A stretch of 38,019 nt of DNA from SAR202 cluster bacterium. GTDB taxonomy: Bacteria; Chloroflexota; Dehalococcoidia; Lucifugimonadales; UBA826. This document shows, piece by piece, positions 1 to 9,962 of this stretch (positions are counted from its first letter, which is position 1; the number at the start of each line of letters is the position of its first letter). The notes below the pieces were generated by a model, which was not told the origin of the DNA, ran no database searches, and saw nothing but the letters and a program-made list of their open reading frames with translations. Where the stretch lies: NCBI GenBank assembly GCA_009392675.1, contig VFFY01000114.1, positions 1 to 38,019 of the forward strand, written 5' to 3'. The position numbers and the translations under genes were made by a program.

Positions 1-162
1 ACAAAGTTCACTCCGGGACCATATATATTGATGGTTCAGGCACGCCAAAACCCCGATAAATTAGTGCAAACTCTGCTAGCATAAACTACCTATATTTTAC
101 TAGACTAAATTACATAATTTATTTGCTCTCGTTCCTGTCTAGACACCCGGCACAGGTATAAT

Positions 163-2751
163 ATGAACGAAAATATTGATAGTACTCAACCTAAAATGAT
201 CCCTCTTCATCCTCCTATTATTTTCTTTTGGGTTGCCATTGCAGCTGTATGTGCCAGTTCAATAATTGCAACCGCATTTTTTGAACCGCTAATACCTAGG
301 TTCATGAGTGGTTACATAAGCTCTTTCGTCGGATGGACTGGACTTGGGATTGTTTTGCCATGCCTTTGGTTAATTGCTATTGGTATTGTGTCCGGTATAA
401 AAAAAATTAAGCGTGTAGGCTCGAATTATCCCAGAGAAATTATGGGTTCCTTACTAATAAGTGGATCTTTGTGGGGAGCCATAAGTTTCATTCATTTTAC
501 TCAATTTGAAATAATTTCAAATATCGGAATAGGCTCAATCGGTGGAGAGATTGGAGTTCACATAATTGGTGGAAACACGTTAATGGGCTGGTTAAGAGTA
601 TTTTTATTATTCTACGCTGGGTCAGTAATAATCAAACCATCTATTTCAATCAAATCCTGGCAGATCGTGATACTGTTCATTTGGTCATTAGGATTGGCTT
701 TGAAATTCGTATATTTAAGCATCCTCAATAAAAAGCCTGCAAAGAACCTGTCTGGGAAAAAAGACTCCAACGCCTTTGTACCCATGCCCCCTGAAGTTCT
801 TACTCCCCATATAAAAGAGAGCCAAATTATCAACAATACGCGGGTGGTGGAAAACCCCAGCACGAAAAACTCCCTGGCTAAAACGGCAATCGGGGATCCA
901 ATTCTATCCAATCCGCCACCTACTGCCGATGATCTTCTTTCTAGTTATATTTCTTCATCCAATGTCACTATGAATCAACTAACCGGAGCCGAAGAAAGAT
1001 CTACTGCCGCTTTAGATGAAACAGTCCTAGAATCCGTGCAGGAAGAGCCAGATCTGATAAATACAAAAAGTGCTACCTCCGAATCCAATAAATTCAATAA
1101 ATACTGGTCCAAGCCTTCCCCTAAAGAAGTTCGATCGCTTAAAACAAACTCACAAACTAATAATCTGGTCGAATTCGAGGTGGATCCAGATGCACGGAAG
1201 GACAAAAAGTTAAATAATCCACTCCCAAATTCGGCCAGTGTGTCAACTTCTTGGATGCTTCCAGATATGAAACTTCTTTCTGGGATATCAGAAGGCGGGA
1301 TCAGTAAAGAAGAAATACGCGAGACTGCCGATATCATCAAAAACACATTCGCCGACTACAAAATAGAAATAGCAGTAGAAAAAGTCAGGCCTGGCCCAAC
1401 TGTGACCATGTACGGAATTCAACCTGGATGGGTCAGAAAAGTAAAGAGGGTTAAATCTAGAGACGAGGATGGAAACTTTGAAATAGATACAAATGGGAAA
1501 CCTGTTATGGTGCAACAGGAAGAAAAAACTCGGGTCAGTGTAGATAACATTCTGCGTAGGGAAAAGGATTTATCATTAGCTCTAAAAACCCCTAGTCTTA
1601 GAATCGAAACTCCCGTGATGGGGGAATCTCTGTTAGGTATCGAAGTACCCAACCATACCCCAAGTCTCGTGGCATTAAAAAATGTCATGGAAAGTACGCC
1701 TTACACCTCATTGGCAAAAAAAAGTCAATTACCTGTAGCTCTTGGAAAAGGTTCTGATGGAGAAGAAGTTTCCTTTGATCTATCTAAGATGCCTCATTTG
1801 TTAATCGCAGGAGCCACTGGAAGTGGCAAAAGTGTTTGCATCAACGCAATAATAACTGGTCTGATTATGGAAAAAGACCCTTCAGAAATGCAGATGCTTC
1901 TCATAGACCCAAAAAGAGTAGAACTAACTCCATATAACGGTATCCCTCATCTAATGACTCCCGTCATAGTAGAAACCGATAAGGTTGTGGGAATCCTCAA
2001 GGGATTGATCCAAGAAATGATGAATAGGTATCGGCGTATGGAGGAAACTGGGGTACGCAATATAGCTTCGTTTAACAGCAAAGGCGGTGTGAAAATGCCT
2101 TACATTGTCGTTGCCATAGACGAACTGGCTGATTTGATGATGACCGCTTCCTTCGATATAGAACGCTGTATCTGCCGATTAGCACAATTAGGTAGGGCCA
2201 CAGGAATTCATTTGATAATCGCAACCCAACGACCCTCTGTCGATGTAATAACTGGACTAATAAAGGCCAACTTCCCAAGCAGGATCAGCTTCGCTGTAAC
2301 TTCTCAAATAGATTCCCGGACCATCCTTGACACGATGGGAGCGGAACGATTATTAGGGCGAGGCGACATGCTCTATCAGCCGATAGATGCCACAAGACCT
2401 GCAAGAGTTCAAAATGTTTTCATAGGAGACGATGAGATTGGAGATATAGTTCATCATTGGTCAAGCACACCGCGGGGGTACAAAGCAGAAATTGATCTAA
2501 AAATCGTCAGCGATGAAAACTCTGACACTATAGCAGTTTCCGATACCAGTGGGGCAAACACTCAAGACGAGTTGTTTGAAAAAGCAATGGCCCTTGCCCA
2601 GAAATATACTAAAATGTCTACCTCCCTACTTCAACGAAGACTTAGGATTGGATATCCTAGGGCGGCACGCCTCATGGATGAATTAGAGGATATGGGTGTT
2701 GTGGGTCCTAGTGATGGTTCCAAATCAAGAGATGTGATTTCTTCATCCTAA
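163..2751 (+). CDS. ftsK: DNA translocase FtsK/SpoIIIE family
   Basis: 862-aa ORF. It has N-terminal hydrophobic TM segments and a long low-complexity linker. The C-terminal motor domain carries Walker A 'GATGSGKS' and Walker B 'VVAIDELADL'. A gamma winged-helix is present ('LLQRRLRIGYPRAARLMDELEDMGVVGP'). The start is ambiguous (ATG 163 vs ATG 196). Confidence 0.9.
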   Translation: MNENIDSTQPKMIPLHPPIIFFWVAIAAVCASSIIATAFFEPLIPRFMSGYISSFVGWTGLGIVLPCLWLIAIGIVSGIKKIKRVGSNYPREIMGSLLISGSLWGAISFIHFTQFEIISNIGIGSIGGEIGVHIIGGNTLMGWLRVFLLFYAGSVIIKPSISIKSWQIVILFIWSLGLALKFVYLSILNKKPAKNLSGKKDSNAFVPMPPEVLTPHIKESQIINNTRVVENPSTKNSLAKTAIGDPILSNPPPTADDLLSSYISSSNVTMNQLTGAEERSTAALDETVLESVQEEPDLINTKSATSESNKFNKYWSKPSPKEVRSLKTNSQTNNLVEFEVDPDARKDKKLNNPLPNSASVSTSWMLPDMKLLSGISEGGISKEEIRETADIIKNTFADYKIEIAVEKVRPGPTVTMYGIQPGWVRKVKRVKSRDEDGNFEIDTNGKPVMVQQEEKTRVSVDNILRREKDLSLALKTPSLRIETPVMGESLLGIEVPNHTPSLVALKNVMESTPYTSLAKKSQLPVALGKGSDGEEVSFDLSKMPHLLIAGATGSGKSVCINAIITGLIMEKDPSEMQMLLIDPKRVELTPYNGIPHLMTPVIVETDKVVGILKGLIQEMMNRYRRMEETGVRNIASFNSKGGVKMPYIVVAIDELADLMMTASFDIERCICRLAQLGRATGIHLIIATQRPSVDVITGLIKANFPSRISFAVTSQIDSRTILDTMGAERLLGRGDMLYQPIDATRPARVQNVFIGDDEIGDIVHHWSSTPRGYKAEIDLKIVSDENSDTIAVSDTSGANTQDELFEKAMALAQKYTKMSTSLLQRRLRIGYPRAARLMDELEDMGVVGPSDGSKSRDVISSS

Positions 2752-2792
2752 CAATAGATATTACCTTCTTACTAAAGTAATATTAGTGCATT

Positions 2793-4556
2793 ATGGTTAG
2801 TAATTTTTCAAGTATGATGTCCAGATTATTGAATAGGAATGAATCCGACCTAACGGTTCAGGACGAGAACAAATACTGTTTGATGTGCAGTTCTGACCTG
2901 AATAAATCAGATGTTTACCAAAAGTATAGAATATGTGATACCTGTGGCTTTCATTACAACATGAGTGCTAGAGACAGGGTCAATTCTATAGTTGATTTTG
3001 AATCATTTAAAGAAATTAACAGAAACTTGGTATCTGTCGACCCCATTTCCTTCACATCTTCGGCTCCATACAAAGAAACCCTGTATAAAGATCAAAAGCG
3101 AACTGGAATCACCGAGGCTGTTTTGACTGGCACCTGCAGTATCGATGGGATGCTTTGTATGATCATCTCATTTGATTTCGGATTTATGGGAGGGTCCATG
3201 GGATGTGCCGTAGGACAGAAGATATCCCTTGCAATAGAAATGGCCGAAAAGAAAAAATTGCCTTTACTAGCCATCGTATCGGGAGGAGGATCTCGAATCC
3301 AAGAAGGGGTTTTGTCATTGATGCAGATGGCCAAAACTACGATTGCAGTCAACAGGCATAACGCGAAAGGACTGCCGTTTATCTCTATTTTCTCAAATCC
3401 ATCTACTGGGCAGGCTTTCGCCAGCTTCGCCAATTTAGCCGATATAACAATTGCTGAACCAGGGGCCATTCTGGGATACAACCCTATAGGTATAACTCAA
3501 ATTGACGGTAATTCAACCAGCTTTGACCAACAAACCTCTGAGTCACATCTCGACCACGGGTTAATTGATGCTATTGCCTCCCGAACGGAATTAAGAGAAG
3601 TCGTCTCTGTCATATTAGATCTCCTTCAAAAGGAATTCACCTTAAACCGAACGAATAGAAGTGGTGAAATTGCTGTTGATATTCCGAAAAATTTGGCCTG
3701 GCATTCTGTTCAATTAGCTCGTCATACATCACGGCCTACGTCTTTGGATCATATGGCACGTATGCTGGATAATTTTGTGGAAATACATGGAGATAAACAA
3801 TATTCTGATGACCCAGCAATAAGCTGCGGGATTGGACAATTGGGAGGTCAGACCATTGTTGTTATTGGTCAAAATCGTTCAAAAGACCAAGTGTCAGGAG
3901 AAGTATTAAGAATACTGCCAGAGGGGTTCCGAAAATGCCAGAGAGCTATAAAAATTGCCCGAAAGTTCAATTTACCAATAATATCGTTAATCGATACACC
4001 AGGAGCAAATACATCCTTAGAAGCAGAAAATCGAGGACTTGCTCATTCTATCGCAACGACAATGTCTCTTTTTGCTGATCAAAAGGCGCCTACTATCGCA
4101 GTTGTGATTGGCGAAGGTGGAAGCGGAGGGGCTCTATCATTAGGAATCGCCGACAGGGTAATAATGCTGGAAAATGCTATTTTTTCAGCCATATCCCCTG
4201 AAGAGGCCGCAAATCTAATATATAGAGACAAAAGCAGGGCCAATGAAGCGGCTGAGTCGCTGAAACTCACAGCTGCAGATTGTAAAGCCCTTGGGATAGT
4301 AGACATAATCGTTTCAGAACCTGATGGCGGTGCACACACCGATCATCATGAATCATCAAGGCTGCTCAAAAGAGCATTATTACAACAATTGTTTGAAGTT
4401 CAAAACAACTCGACCAGAAAAAGGTTGAGGGAACGCTACAAAAAATTTAAGGACATCGGTGAATACAGTTCATATTTCAGAAGTACAGTAACCAGAGAAT
4501 TGAATCTTCTTCAGCACTCAATCACAGACCGAATTAAAAGCATCAGGCGGACCTAG
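2793..4556 (+). CDS. Acetyl-CoA carboxylase carboxyltransferase, fused beta (AccD) and alpha (AccA) subunits
   Basis: 587-aa ORF. The N-terminus has the AccD zinc ribbon 'CLMCSS...CDTCGFH' and 'GFMGGSMG'. The C-terminal half has AccA-like 'ARHTSRPTSLD', 'PIISLIDTPGA' and 'GEGGSGGAL'. The reading frame is continuous across the junction. Confidence 0.85.
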   Translation: MVSNFSSMMSRLLNRNESDLTVQDENKYCLMCSSDLNKSDVYQKYRICDTCGFHYNMSARDRVNSIVDFESFKEINRNLVSVDPISFTSSAPYKETLYKDQKRTGITEAVLTGTCSIDGMLCMIISFDFGFMGGSMGCAVGQKISLAIEMAEKKKLPLLAIVSGGGSRIQEGVLSLMQMAKTTIAVNRHNAKGLPFISIFSNPSTGQAFASFANLADITIAEPGAILGYNPIGITQIDGNSTSFDQQTSESHLDHGLIDAIASRTELREVVSVILDLLQKEFTLNRTNRSGEIAVDIPKNLAWHSVQLARHTSRPTSLDHMARMLDNFVEIHGDKQYSDDPAISCGIGQLGGQTIVVIGQNRSKDQVSGEVLRILPEGFRKCQRAIKIARKFNLPIISLIDTPGANTSLEAENRGLAHSIATTMSLFADQKAPTIAVVIGEGGSGGALSLGIADRVIMLENAIFSAISPEEAANLIYRDKSRANEAAESLKLTAADCKALGIVDIIVSEPDGGAHTDHHESSRLLKRALLQQLFEVQNNSTRKRLRERYKKFKDIGEYSSYFRSTVTRELNLLQHSITDRIKSIRRT

Positions 4557-4577
4557 AAATTTACCCACAAAATGTAG

Positions 4578-5192
4578 CTACATACTTAAAACCCCACCCT
4601 CTTTTGAACGTCTAGATTCAAATATAGATATATCTGTCTCGTCTTCCAAGGTAAGACCTATGTCATCTAATCCATTCAACAGACAATGACGTCTAAATGG
4701 TTCAATAGAAAACTCAGCCACCACTTCCTCATTTTCATCCCATACCCTTTGTGCTTCCAAATCTATATTTATTCTATATTCTGGATCGTTTTGTGAATTC
4801 TCAATTATTTTAGCCACTGTATCTTCAGGTAAAACTACTGGCAAAACACCATTTTGGAAACAGTTGCTAAAAAATATGTCCCCGAAACTGGGAGCTATGA
4901 TACATTTAAATCCGTAGTCCTGCAGAGCCCATGGAGCGTGCTCACGAGAGGAGCCAGATCCGAAATTCCTTCCACTCACTAGTATTTCAGCAGCACGATA
5001 CCCTTCTTGATTCAGAATAAAATCTTTGTTCTCAGAACCGTCGGGATTAAGCCTCCAATCATTGAACAAAAATTGACCAAATCCTGTTCTCTCAACACGT
5101 TTTAAAAATTGCTTAGGAATAATTTGATCAGTATCTACATTGACTCTGTTGAGAGGAGCTAATTTTGCATTTAAGGATACGAAAGGTTTCAT
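4578..5192 (-). CDS. leuD: 3-isopropylmalate dehydratase small subunit
   Basis: 204 aa with aconitase swivel-domain motifs 'GRNFGSGSSREHAPWAL'. It sits directly downstream of leuC. Confidence 0.9.
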   Translation of the reverse strand: MKPFVSLNAKLAPLNRVNVDTDQIIPKQFLKRVERTGFGQFLFNDWRLNPDGSENKDFILNQEGYRAAEILVSGRNFGSGSSREHAPWALQDYGFKCIIAPSFGDIFFSNCFQNGVLPVVLPEDTVAKIIENSQNDPEYRINIDLEAQRVWDENEEVVAEFSIEPFRRHCLLNGLDDIGLTLEDETDISIFESRRSKEGGVLSM

Positions 5193-5216
5193 TGTAGTTC
5201 TTCCTTGCTCTTTTAT

Positions 5217-6617
5217 TTACCATTCACGGATATCAACGAAATGTCCTGCTATCGCTGCCGCTGCTGCCATTTCTGGACTAACCAAATGAGTTCTGCCTCC
5301 CCTACCTTGTCTTCCTTCAAAGTTTCTGTTTGAAGTGGAAGCACACCTTTCCCCTGGTTGTAATATGTCAGGGTTCATCCCCAGACACATAGAGCAACCA
5401 GCCTCTCTCCAATCAAACCCGGCCTCCGTGAATATTGTGTCAAGTCCCTCATCTTCCGCTTGGCGTTTTATGGCATTAGAACCAGGCACGACCATAGCAT
5501 AAACGCTATCATTAACTTTTTTCCCTTCGGCTACTCGCGCGGCCGCCCGTAAGTCTTCTATTCTTGAATTGGTACAGGAACCGATAAAAATACGATCTAC
5601 TGGTACATCTTGTATTCTGGTCCCAGGTTCCAGGTCCATGTAAGTTAAGGCTCTTTCTACAGACTCTCTTTCTCCTTCATCAGAATAGTCACTGGGGTTT
5701 GGTATTCGGGATGATATCGGAATTACCATTCCCGGATTGGTACCCCAACTGACATGGGGCTCTAGATCCTTAGACTTAATAATGACCACCCTGTCGTATT
5801 CGGCTCCGTCATCGGTGGAAAGTTTCATCCACTCGCTTACCGCCTTTTCAAAATCTTCACCTTGAGGAACATTATCCCTTCCTCTCATATAATCGAATGT
5901 GGCTTGATCAGGTGCTACCATGCCGGCCCTCGCGCCAGCTTCAATGCTCATATTACACACAGTCATCCGGCCTTCCATGGACAGAGAGGTTATGCCTTCT
6001 CCTGTATATTCGATTACATGACCGGTCGCGCCTGCTGTTCCAATTTCTCCAATTATGCTTAGCACGACATCTTTTGCGGAAACTCTTGGCGGCAAACTTC
6101 CTTCGACTCTCACCTCCATGGTTTTTGGTTTGAACTGCCTAAGTGTCTGTGTGGCCAACACGTGTTCAACTTCGGATGTACCTATGCCTATAGCAAATGC
6201 TCCGAAAGCACCATGTGTCGAAGTGTGGCTATCACCACACACGATTGTCTTACCGGGTTGAGTATGCCCTTGCTCTGGCCCTATAACATGAACAATACCC
6301 TGCAAAGGACTAAATCTATCGTGAAGAGTCACTCCAAATTCTTCACAGTTTTGAGTGAGAGCATCCAACTGTTGCTTGGCGATCGCATCTGTTATAGGAA
6401 GAGAAAGATCCCACGTCGGAGTGTTATGGTCAGCCACCGCAACCGTCAAATCTGGTCGCCTTACAGGTCTTCCGGCCATTCTCAGCCCATCAAAAGCTTG
6501 AGGTGAAGTAACCTCGTGAACAAGATGAAGATCAATATATAGAAGCGAAGGTTGACCTTCTACTTCCTTTACCAGATGAGCCTCCCATATCTTATCAAAC
6601 ATGGTTTTAGCTACCAT
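5217..6617 (-). CDS. leuC: 3-isopropylmalate dehydratase large subunit
   Basis: 466 aa, aconitase family. Motifs include 'VCGDSHT', '[12 protein letters not shown]' and 'CSMCLGMN' (Fe-S ligands). Confidence 0.92.
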   Translation of the reverse strand: MVAKTMFDKIWEAHLVKEVEGQPSLLYIDLHLVHEVTSPQAFDGLRMAGRPVRRPDLTVAVADHNTPTWDLSLPITDAIAKQQLDALTQNCEEFGVTLHDRFSPLQGIVHVIGPEQGHTQPGKTIVCGDSHTSTHGAFGAFAIGIGTSEVEHVLATQTLRQFKPKTMEVRVEGSLPPRVSAKDVVLSIIGEIGTAGATGHVIEYTGEGITSLSMEGRMTVCNMSIEAGARAGMVAPDQATFDYMRGRDNVPQGEDFEKAVSEWMKLSTDDGAEYDRVVIIKSKDLEPHVSWGTNPGMVIPISSRIPNPSDYSDEGERESVERALTYMDLEPGTRIQDVPVDRIFIGSCTNSRIEDLRAAARVAEGKKVNDSVYAMVVPGSNAIKRQAEDEGLDTIFTEAGFDWREAGCSMCLGMNPDILQPGERCASTSNRNFEGRQGRGGRTHLVSPEMAAAAAIAGHFVDIREW

Positions 6618-6675
6618 TTAACACTCCATTGTTGGTTTTAGGAATTTGATTTTTCTTAGAATGAAAAAGATTGAA

Positions 6676-8208
6676 TTATCCCACGTTGGGATTAGCTGCC
6701 AGGGCCCGGTTTAGAGCATTCATGTAAGCTTTAGCGCTTGCGACTATAATGTCTGTGTCGCTACCTCTGCCTACAAAGGTGTCACCCTGAAGTTCTATCC
6801 TGATAGTCACATCTCCGATGGCATCAATTCCTTCCGTAACCGAATCTACTCGAAATTCAGTGAGCCTATTCTCTATCCCTATCACCCTATTTATAGCCAT
6901 ATAGACCGCGTCAACAGGCCCTGTACCTGTAGCAGCATCTGTGATTTCCTCCCCCTCTGGGTTCCTAATTTTCACTGTTGCTGTCGGTACACCATGGTCA
7001 CCAGTAGATACTTGAACATGTTCAAGAGCATATACGATTGGAATATCCGCAGTTCTACGGCTGGTTGAAAGTAGAGTCTCAAGGTCTTGGTCTGTGACCT
7101 CTCTTTTACGGTCTGCTAACTTTTTAAATGATTCAAAAACCTCGTTGAGTTCCTCTTGTTCCAAATGAAACCCAAGTTCTTCTAACCTAGCCCTCAGGCC
7201 GGCGCGGCCGCTCAGTTTCCCTAAGACAAATGAGTTACTAGGCCATCCTATGGATTTAGGGTCCATAATTTCGAAGGTGCTACTATCCTTCAAAACACCA
7301 TCCTGATGAATACCGGAGGCGTGTCGGAATGCGTTAGCTCCCACTATCGCCTTGTTTGGTTGTACTGGAAACCCAGTGATGTCACTCACCAATCTACTAG
7401 TTCTATATATCTGGGTAGTATCTATATTTGTTGAGACATCAAACAAATCATTTCTCGTCTCAAGGGCCATAATAATCTCTTCAAGCGATGCATTTCCTGC
7501 TCGTTCGCCAAGACCGTTGATGCACCCTTCGACCTGCCTGACGCCTGCTTTCACTGCAGCCAGACTATTCGCTACAGAAAGGCCAAGGTCATTATGGCAG
7601 TGAACACTCAATACCGCTTTGTCTATGTTCGGTACATTCCTTTTAATGTCTTCGATTCTTTCTGCAAATTCTGACGGAATAATGTATCCGACAGTATCCG
7701 CTATGTTAACTGTGGTGGCACCCGCATTTATGACCGCTTCCAGCATTTTATACAAATACTCGGGTTCAGTGCGAGTTGCATCCATGGGAGAAAATTCTAC
7801 GTCCTCACAATAGGTTTTCGCCCTCTCAACAGAGGCCACAGCAATATCAAGGACTTCTTCTGGATTCTTGCGCAATTGATTCATTATCTGTATGTCAGAA
7901 CTGCTAATAAAGACATGAAGACGAGGGCTGGCTGCTCCTTTGACTCCTTCCCAGGCCTTATCTACATCGTCTATGTAACACCTTGCAAGAGAAGCTATTT
8001 TGGGAGTTCTGACCTCTGAGGCGATTTTCTGAACTGCCTCTAGGTCTCCTGGCGATGCCGCCGCGAATCCGGCCTCTATAACATCAACTCCTAACCTTTC
8101 CAATTGCTTTGCAATTTCTAGTTTCTCTTGGGTAGTAAGCCCTATGCCAGCTGACTGCTCTCCGTCTCTCAGGGTAGTATCAAAAATAATGACTTTCTCT
8201 TGGGACAT
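6676..8208 (-). CDS. leuA: 2-isopropylmalate synthase (citramalate synthase cannot be excluded)
   Basis: 510 aa with '[11 protein letters not shown]' and 'HCHNDLGL' (DRE-TIM HMGL-like) plus a C-terminal LeuA-dimer regulatory domain. The operon context is ilvBNC and leuCD. Confidence 0.82.
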   Translation of the reverse strand: MSQEKVIIFDTTLRDGEQSAGIGLTTQEKLEIAKQLERLGVDVIEAGFAAASPGDLEAVQKIASEVRTPKIASLARCYIDDVDKAWEGVKGAASPRLHVFISSSDIQIMNQLRKNPEEVLDIAVASVERAKTYCEDVEFSPMDATRTEPEYLYKMLEAVINAGATTVNIADTVGYIIPSEFAERIEDIKRNVPNIDKAVLSVHCHNDLGLSVANSLAAVKAGVRQVEGCINGLGERAGNASLEEIIMALETRNDLFDVSTNIDTTQIYRTSRLVSDITGFPVQPNKAIVGANAFRHASGIHQDGVLKDSSTFEIMDPKSIGWPSNSFVLGKLSGRAGLRARLEELGFHLEQEELNEVFESFKKLADRKREVTDQDLETLLSTSRRTADIPIVYALEHVQVSTGDHGVPTATVKIRNPEGEEITDAATGTGPVDAVYMAINRVIGIENRLTEFRVDSVTEGIDAIGDVTIRIELQGDTFVGRGSDTDIIVASAKAYMNALNRALAANPNVG

Positions 8209-8283
8209 TTCGGTCTCCTTTTATTAATCTAGGATTACTAAAGATTTATCTGCCTTAATTGCAATTGCAAATTCGCAGGGTTC

Positions 8284-8336
8284 CGTAGTCCGCCAGATTC
8301 AGCCTTGCCAGGACCAAATCAACATGGCGAACTACG
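8284..8336 (-). other. Imperfect ~53-nt RNA hairpin in the ilvC-leuA spacer
   Basis: The 11-bp outer stem pairs 8284-8294 with 8326-8336. One position is a G.U pair only in the minus-strand (mRNA-sense) transcript and a C.A mismatch on the plus strand. Inner helices GAUUU/GAAUC and GUC/GGC are also present. No U-run follows. Confidence 0.4.
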
Positions 8337-8391
8337 TAGGATACCTCGTCTATCGACTTACATTTCATATTATTCATATATTGAACCAGTC

Positions 8392-9390
8392 CTAATCTGG
8401 GTCAGAGAGAAAGGACATCATACCCCTAAGCTCTTTGCCCACTTTTTCTATCTGATGACCCGCATTTTCCTCCCGCAACCTATTGAATGTTGGCCTGCCC
8501 TCATCATTTTCTGTGATCCATTCTTTCGCAAATGTACCATCTTGGATTTGGTCCAGTATTTTTCGCATATTTTTTTTCACATTTTCATCTACTACCACAG
8601 GGCCTCTAGTGTAATCTCCATATTCAGCCGTATCACTCACAGAATATCTCATGTATTCCATACCGCCTTGATAGAACAAATCCACTATGAGTTTCAATTC
8701 GTGCATACATTCAAAATAAGCGGATTCTGGTTGATATCCCGCCTCTATCAAAGTCTCAAACGCAGCCTTTACCAAGGCCGCAACTCCGCCACACAAAACA
8801 GCTTGCTCCCCAAAAAGATCTGTCTCTGTCTCTTCTTTAAAAGTAGTATCCAACACCCCAGCCCTAGTACAGCCTACGCCTCTTGCATAAGCCAAACCCA
8901 ATGCATGAGCACCACCAGTTGAATCTTGGTGAATCGCAAGTAGCCCAGGCACCCCAGAGTCTTTTGTATAAACTTCCCTCATCCTATGCCCAGGTGCTTT
9001 AGGTGCAACCATGGATACGTCGACATTATCGGGTGGATTTATCGCGTCGTAATGTATATTAAAACCATGAGCAAACATTAAAGTCTTGCCCGGCAGCAGG
9101 TGCGGTAATATGGATTCCTTGTAAACCGAAGCCTGGAGATGATCAGGAATCAGTACCATAATAATGTCTGACTGGGCAGCAGCCTCTGCAACTGTAGCCA
9201 CCTTTAGGCCTTCCGATTCTGCCTTGGGCCAGCTATTACTACCTTCGTACAGTCCTACACATACATCTACCCCAGAATCCTTCAGGTTTAACGCATGGGC
9301 ATGACCCTGACTACCGTACCCAATAATACCCACAGTTTTGCCATCTAACAGACTCATGTCTGCATCTGATTCGTAATACATTTTCGCCAT
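8392..9390 (-). CDS. ilvC: Ketol-acid reductoisomerase (class I)
   Basis: 332 aa with '[13 protein letters not shown]' (NADP Rossmann) and a typical short-form KARI C-terminal knotted domain. Confidence 0.93.
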   Translation of the reverse strand: MAKMYYESDADMSLLDGKTVGIIGYGSQGHAHALNLKDSGVDVCVGLYEGSNSWPKAESEGLKVATVAEAAAQSDIIMVLIPDHLQASVYKESILPHLLPGKTLMFAHGFNIHYDAINPPDNVDVSMVAPKAPGHRMREVYTKDSGVPGLLAIHQDSTGGAHALGLAYARGVGCTRAGVLDTTFKEETETDLFGEQAVLCGGVAALVKAAFETLIEAGYQPESAYFECMHELKLIVDLFYQGGMEYMRYSVSDTAEYGDYTRGPVVVDENVKKNMRKILDQIQDGTFAKEWITENDEGRPTFNRLREENAGHQIEKVGKELRGMMSFLSDPD

Positions 9391-9419
9391 ATAATTTCTC
9401 CTAGTAAAATATTCTCTGT

Positions 9420-9962
9420 TTAAGATGCATTCTCTAAAATTCTTGGGCTGTTCGCAGACTTATCTTGCTCAAAGGACGCCCCTCTACTCATGGCCACTGT
9501 GCCAGTTCTCATCACCTCAAAAACCCCAAAAGTATCCAGTAAATCTACAAGAGAATTAACTTTATCTTCATTACCCGTTACTTCAACGATCAAGGTATCC
9601 TGGGAGACGTCTACTATCTTAGCCCTAAATATATCGACAATCTGCATTATTTCACTACGAGTCGCAACATCGCATTTAACCCTTATCAAGGCTAACTCTC
9701 TCGACACCGCGTTTTCTTCAGATATATCGGCTACTTTAATGACTTCCACTAATTTGTGTAAGTTTTTAACAACCATTTCCACTGTCTTAGCATCCCCATC
9801 AACAACGAACGTCATTCTTGATAAGCCTGCGGATTCACTCTTCCCGACAGCCAAACTTGATATATTGTAACCACGTCTCCTGAACATACTAGATATGCGG
9901 TTTAGGACACCGGCACGATCCTCAACCAATGCCGTTATTGTGTGTTTTTCTGACGATTTCAA
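9420..9962 (-). CDS. ilvN: Acetolactate synthase small (regulatory) subunit
   Basis: 180 aa with an ACT domain ('[28 protein letters not shown]') and an AHAS small-subunit C-terminal domain. The TTG start overlaps the ilvB TGA stop (TTGA). Confidence 0.88.
   Translation of the reverse strand: MKSSEKHTITALVEDRAGVLNRISSMFRRRGYNISSLAVGKSESAGLSRMTFVVDGDAKTVEMVVKNLHKLVEVIKVADISEENAVSRELALIRVKCDVATRSEIMQIVDIFRAKIVDVSQDTLIVEVTGNEDKVNSLVDLLDTFGVFEVMRTGTVAMSRGASFEQDKSANSPRILENAS

Noticed and set aside
157-165. Perfect TATAAT abutting the ftsK ATG (possible leaderless transcript)
   Set aside because: The hexamer ends directly at the ATG, so a transcript starting ~7 nt downstream would lack this start codon. 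There is no acceptable -35 element at 16-18 nt. The match is probably fortuitous.
2757-2786. AT-rich inverted repeat (ATATTAC...GTAATAT) after the ftsK stop as a terminator
   Set aside because: The 7-bp stem is almost pure A/T with a 12-nt loop and no U-run. It is too weak to call.
8305-8922. 205-aa ORF on the + strand
   Set aside because: It is entirely antisense to the well-supported ilvC gene. The translation is low-complexity (F/I/H/S-rich) with no recognisable motifs. It is a typical shadow ORF.
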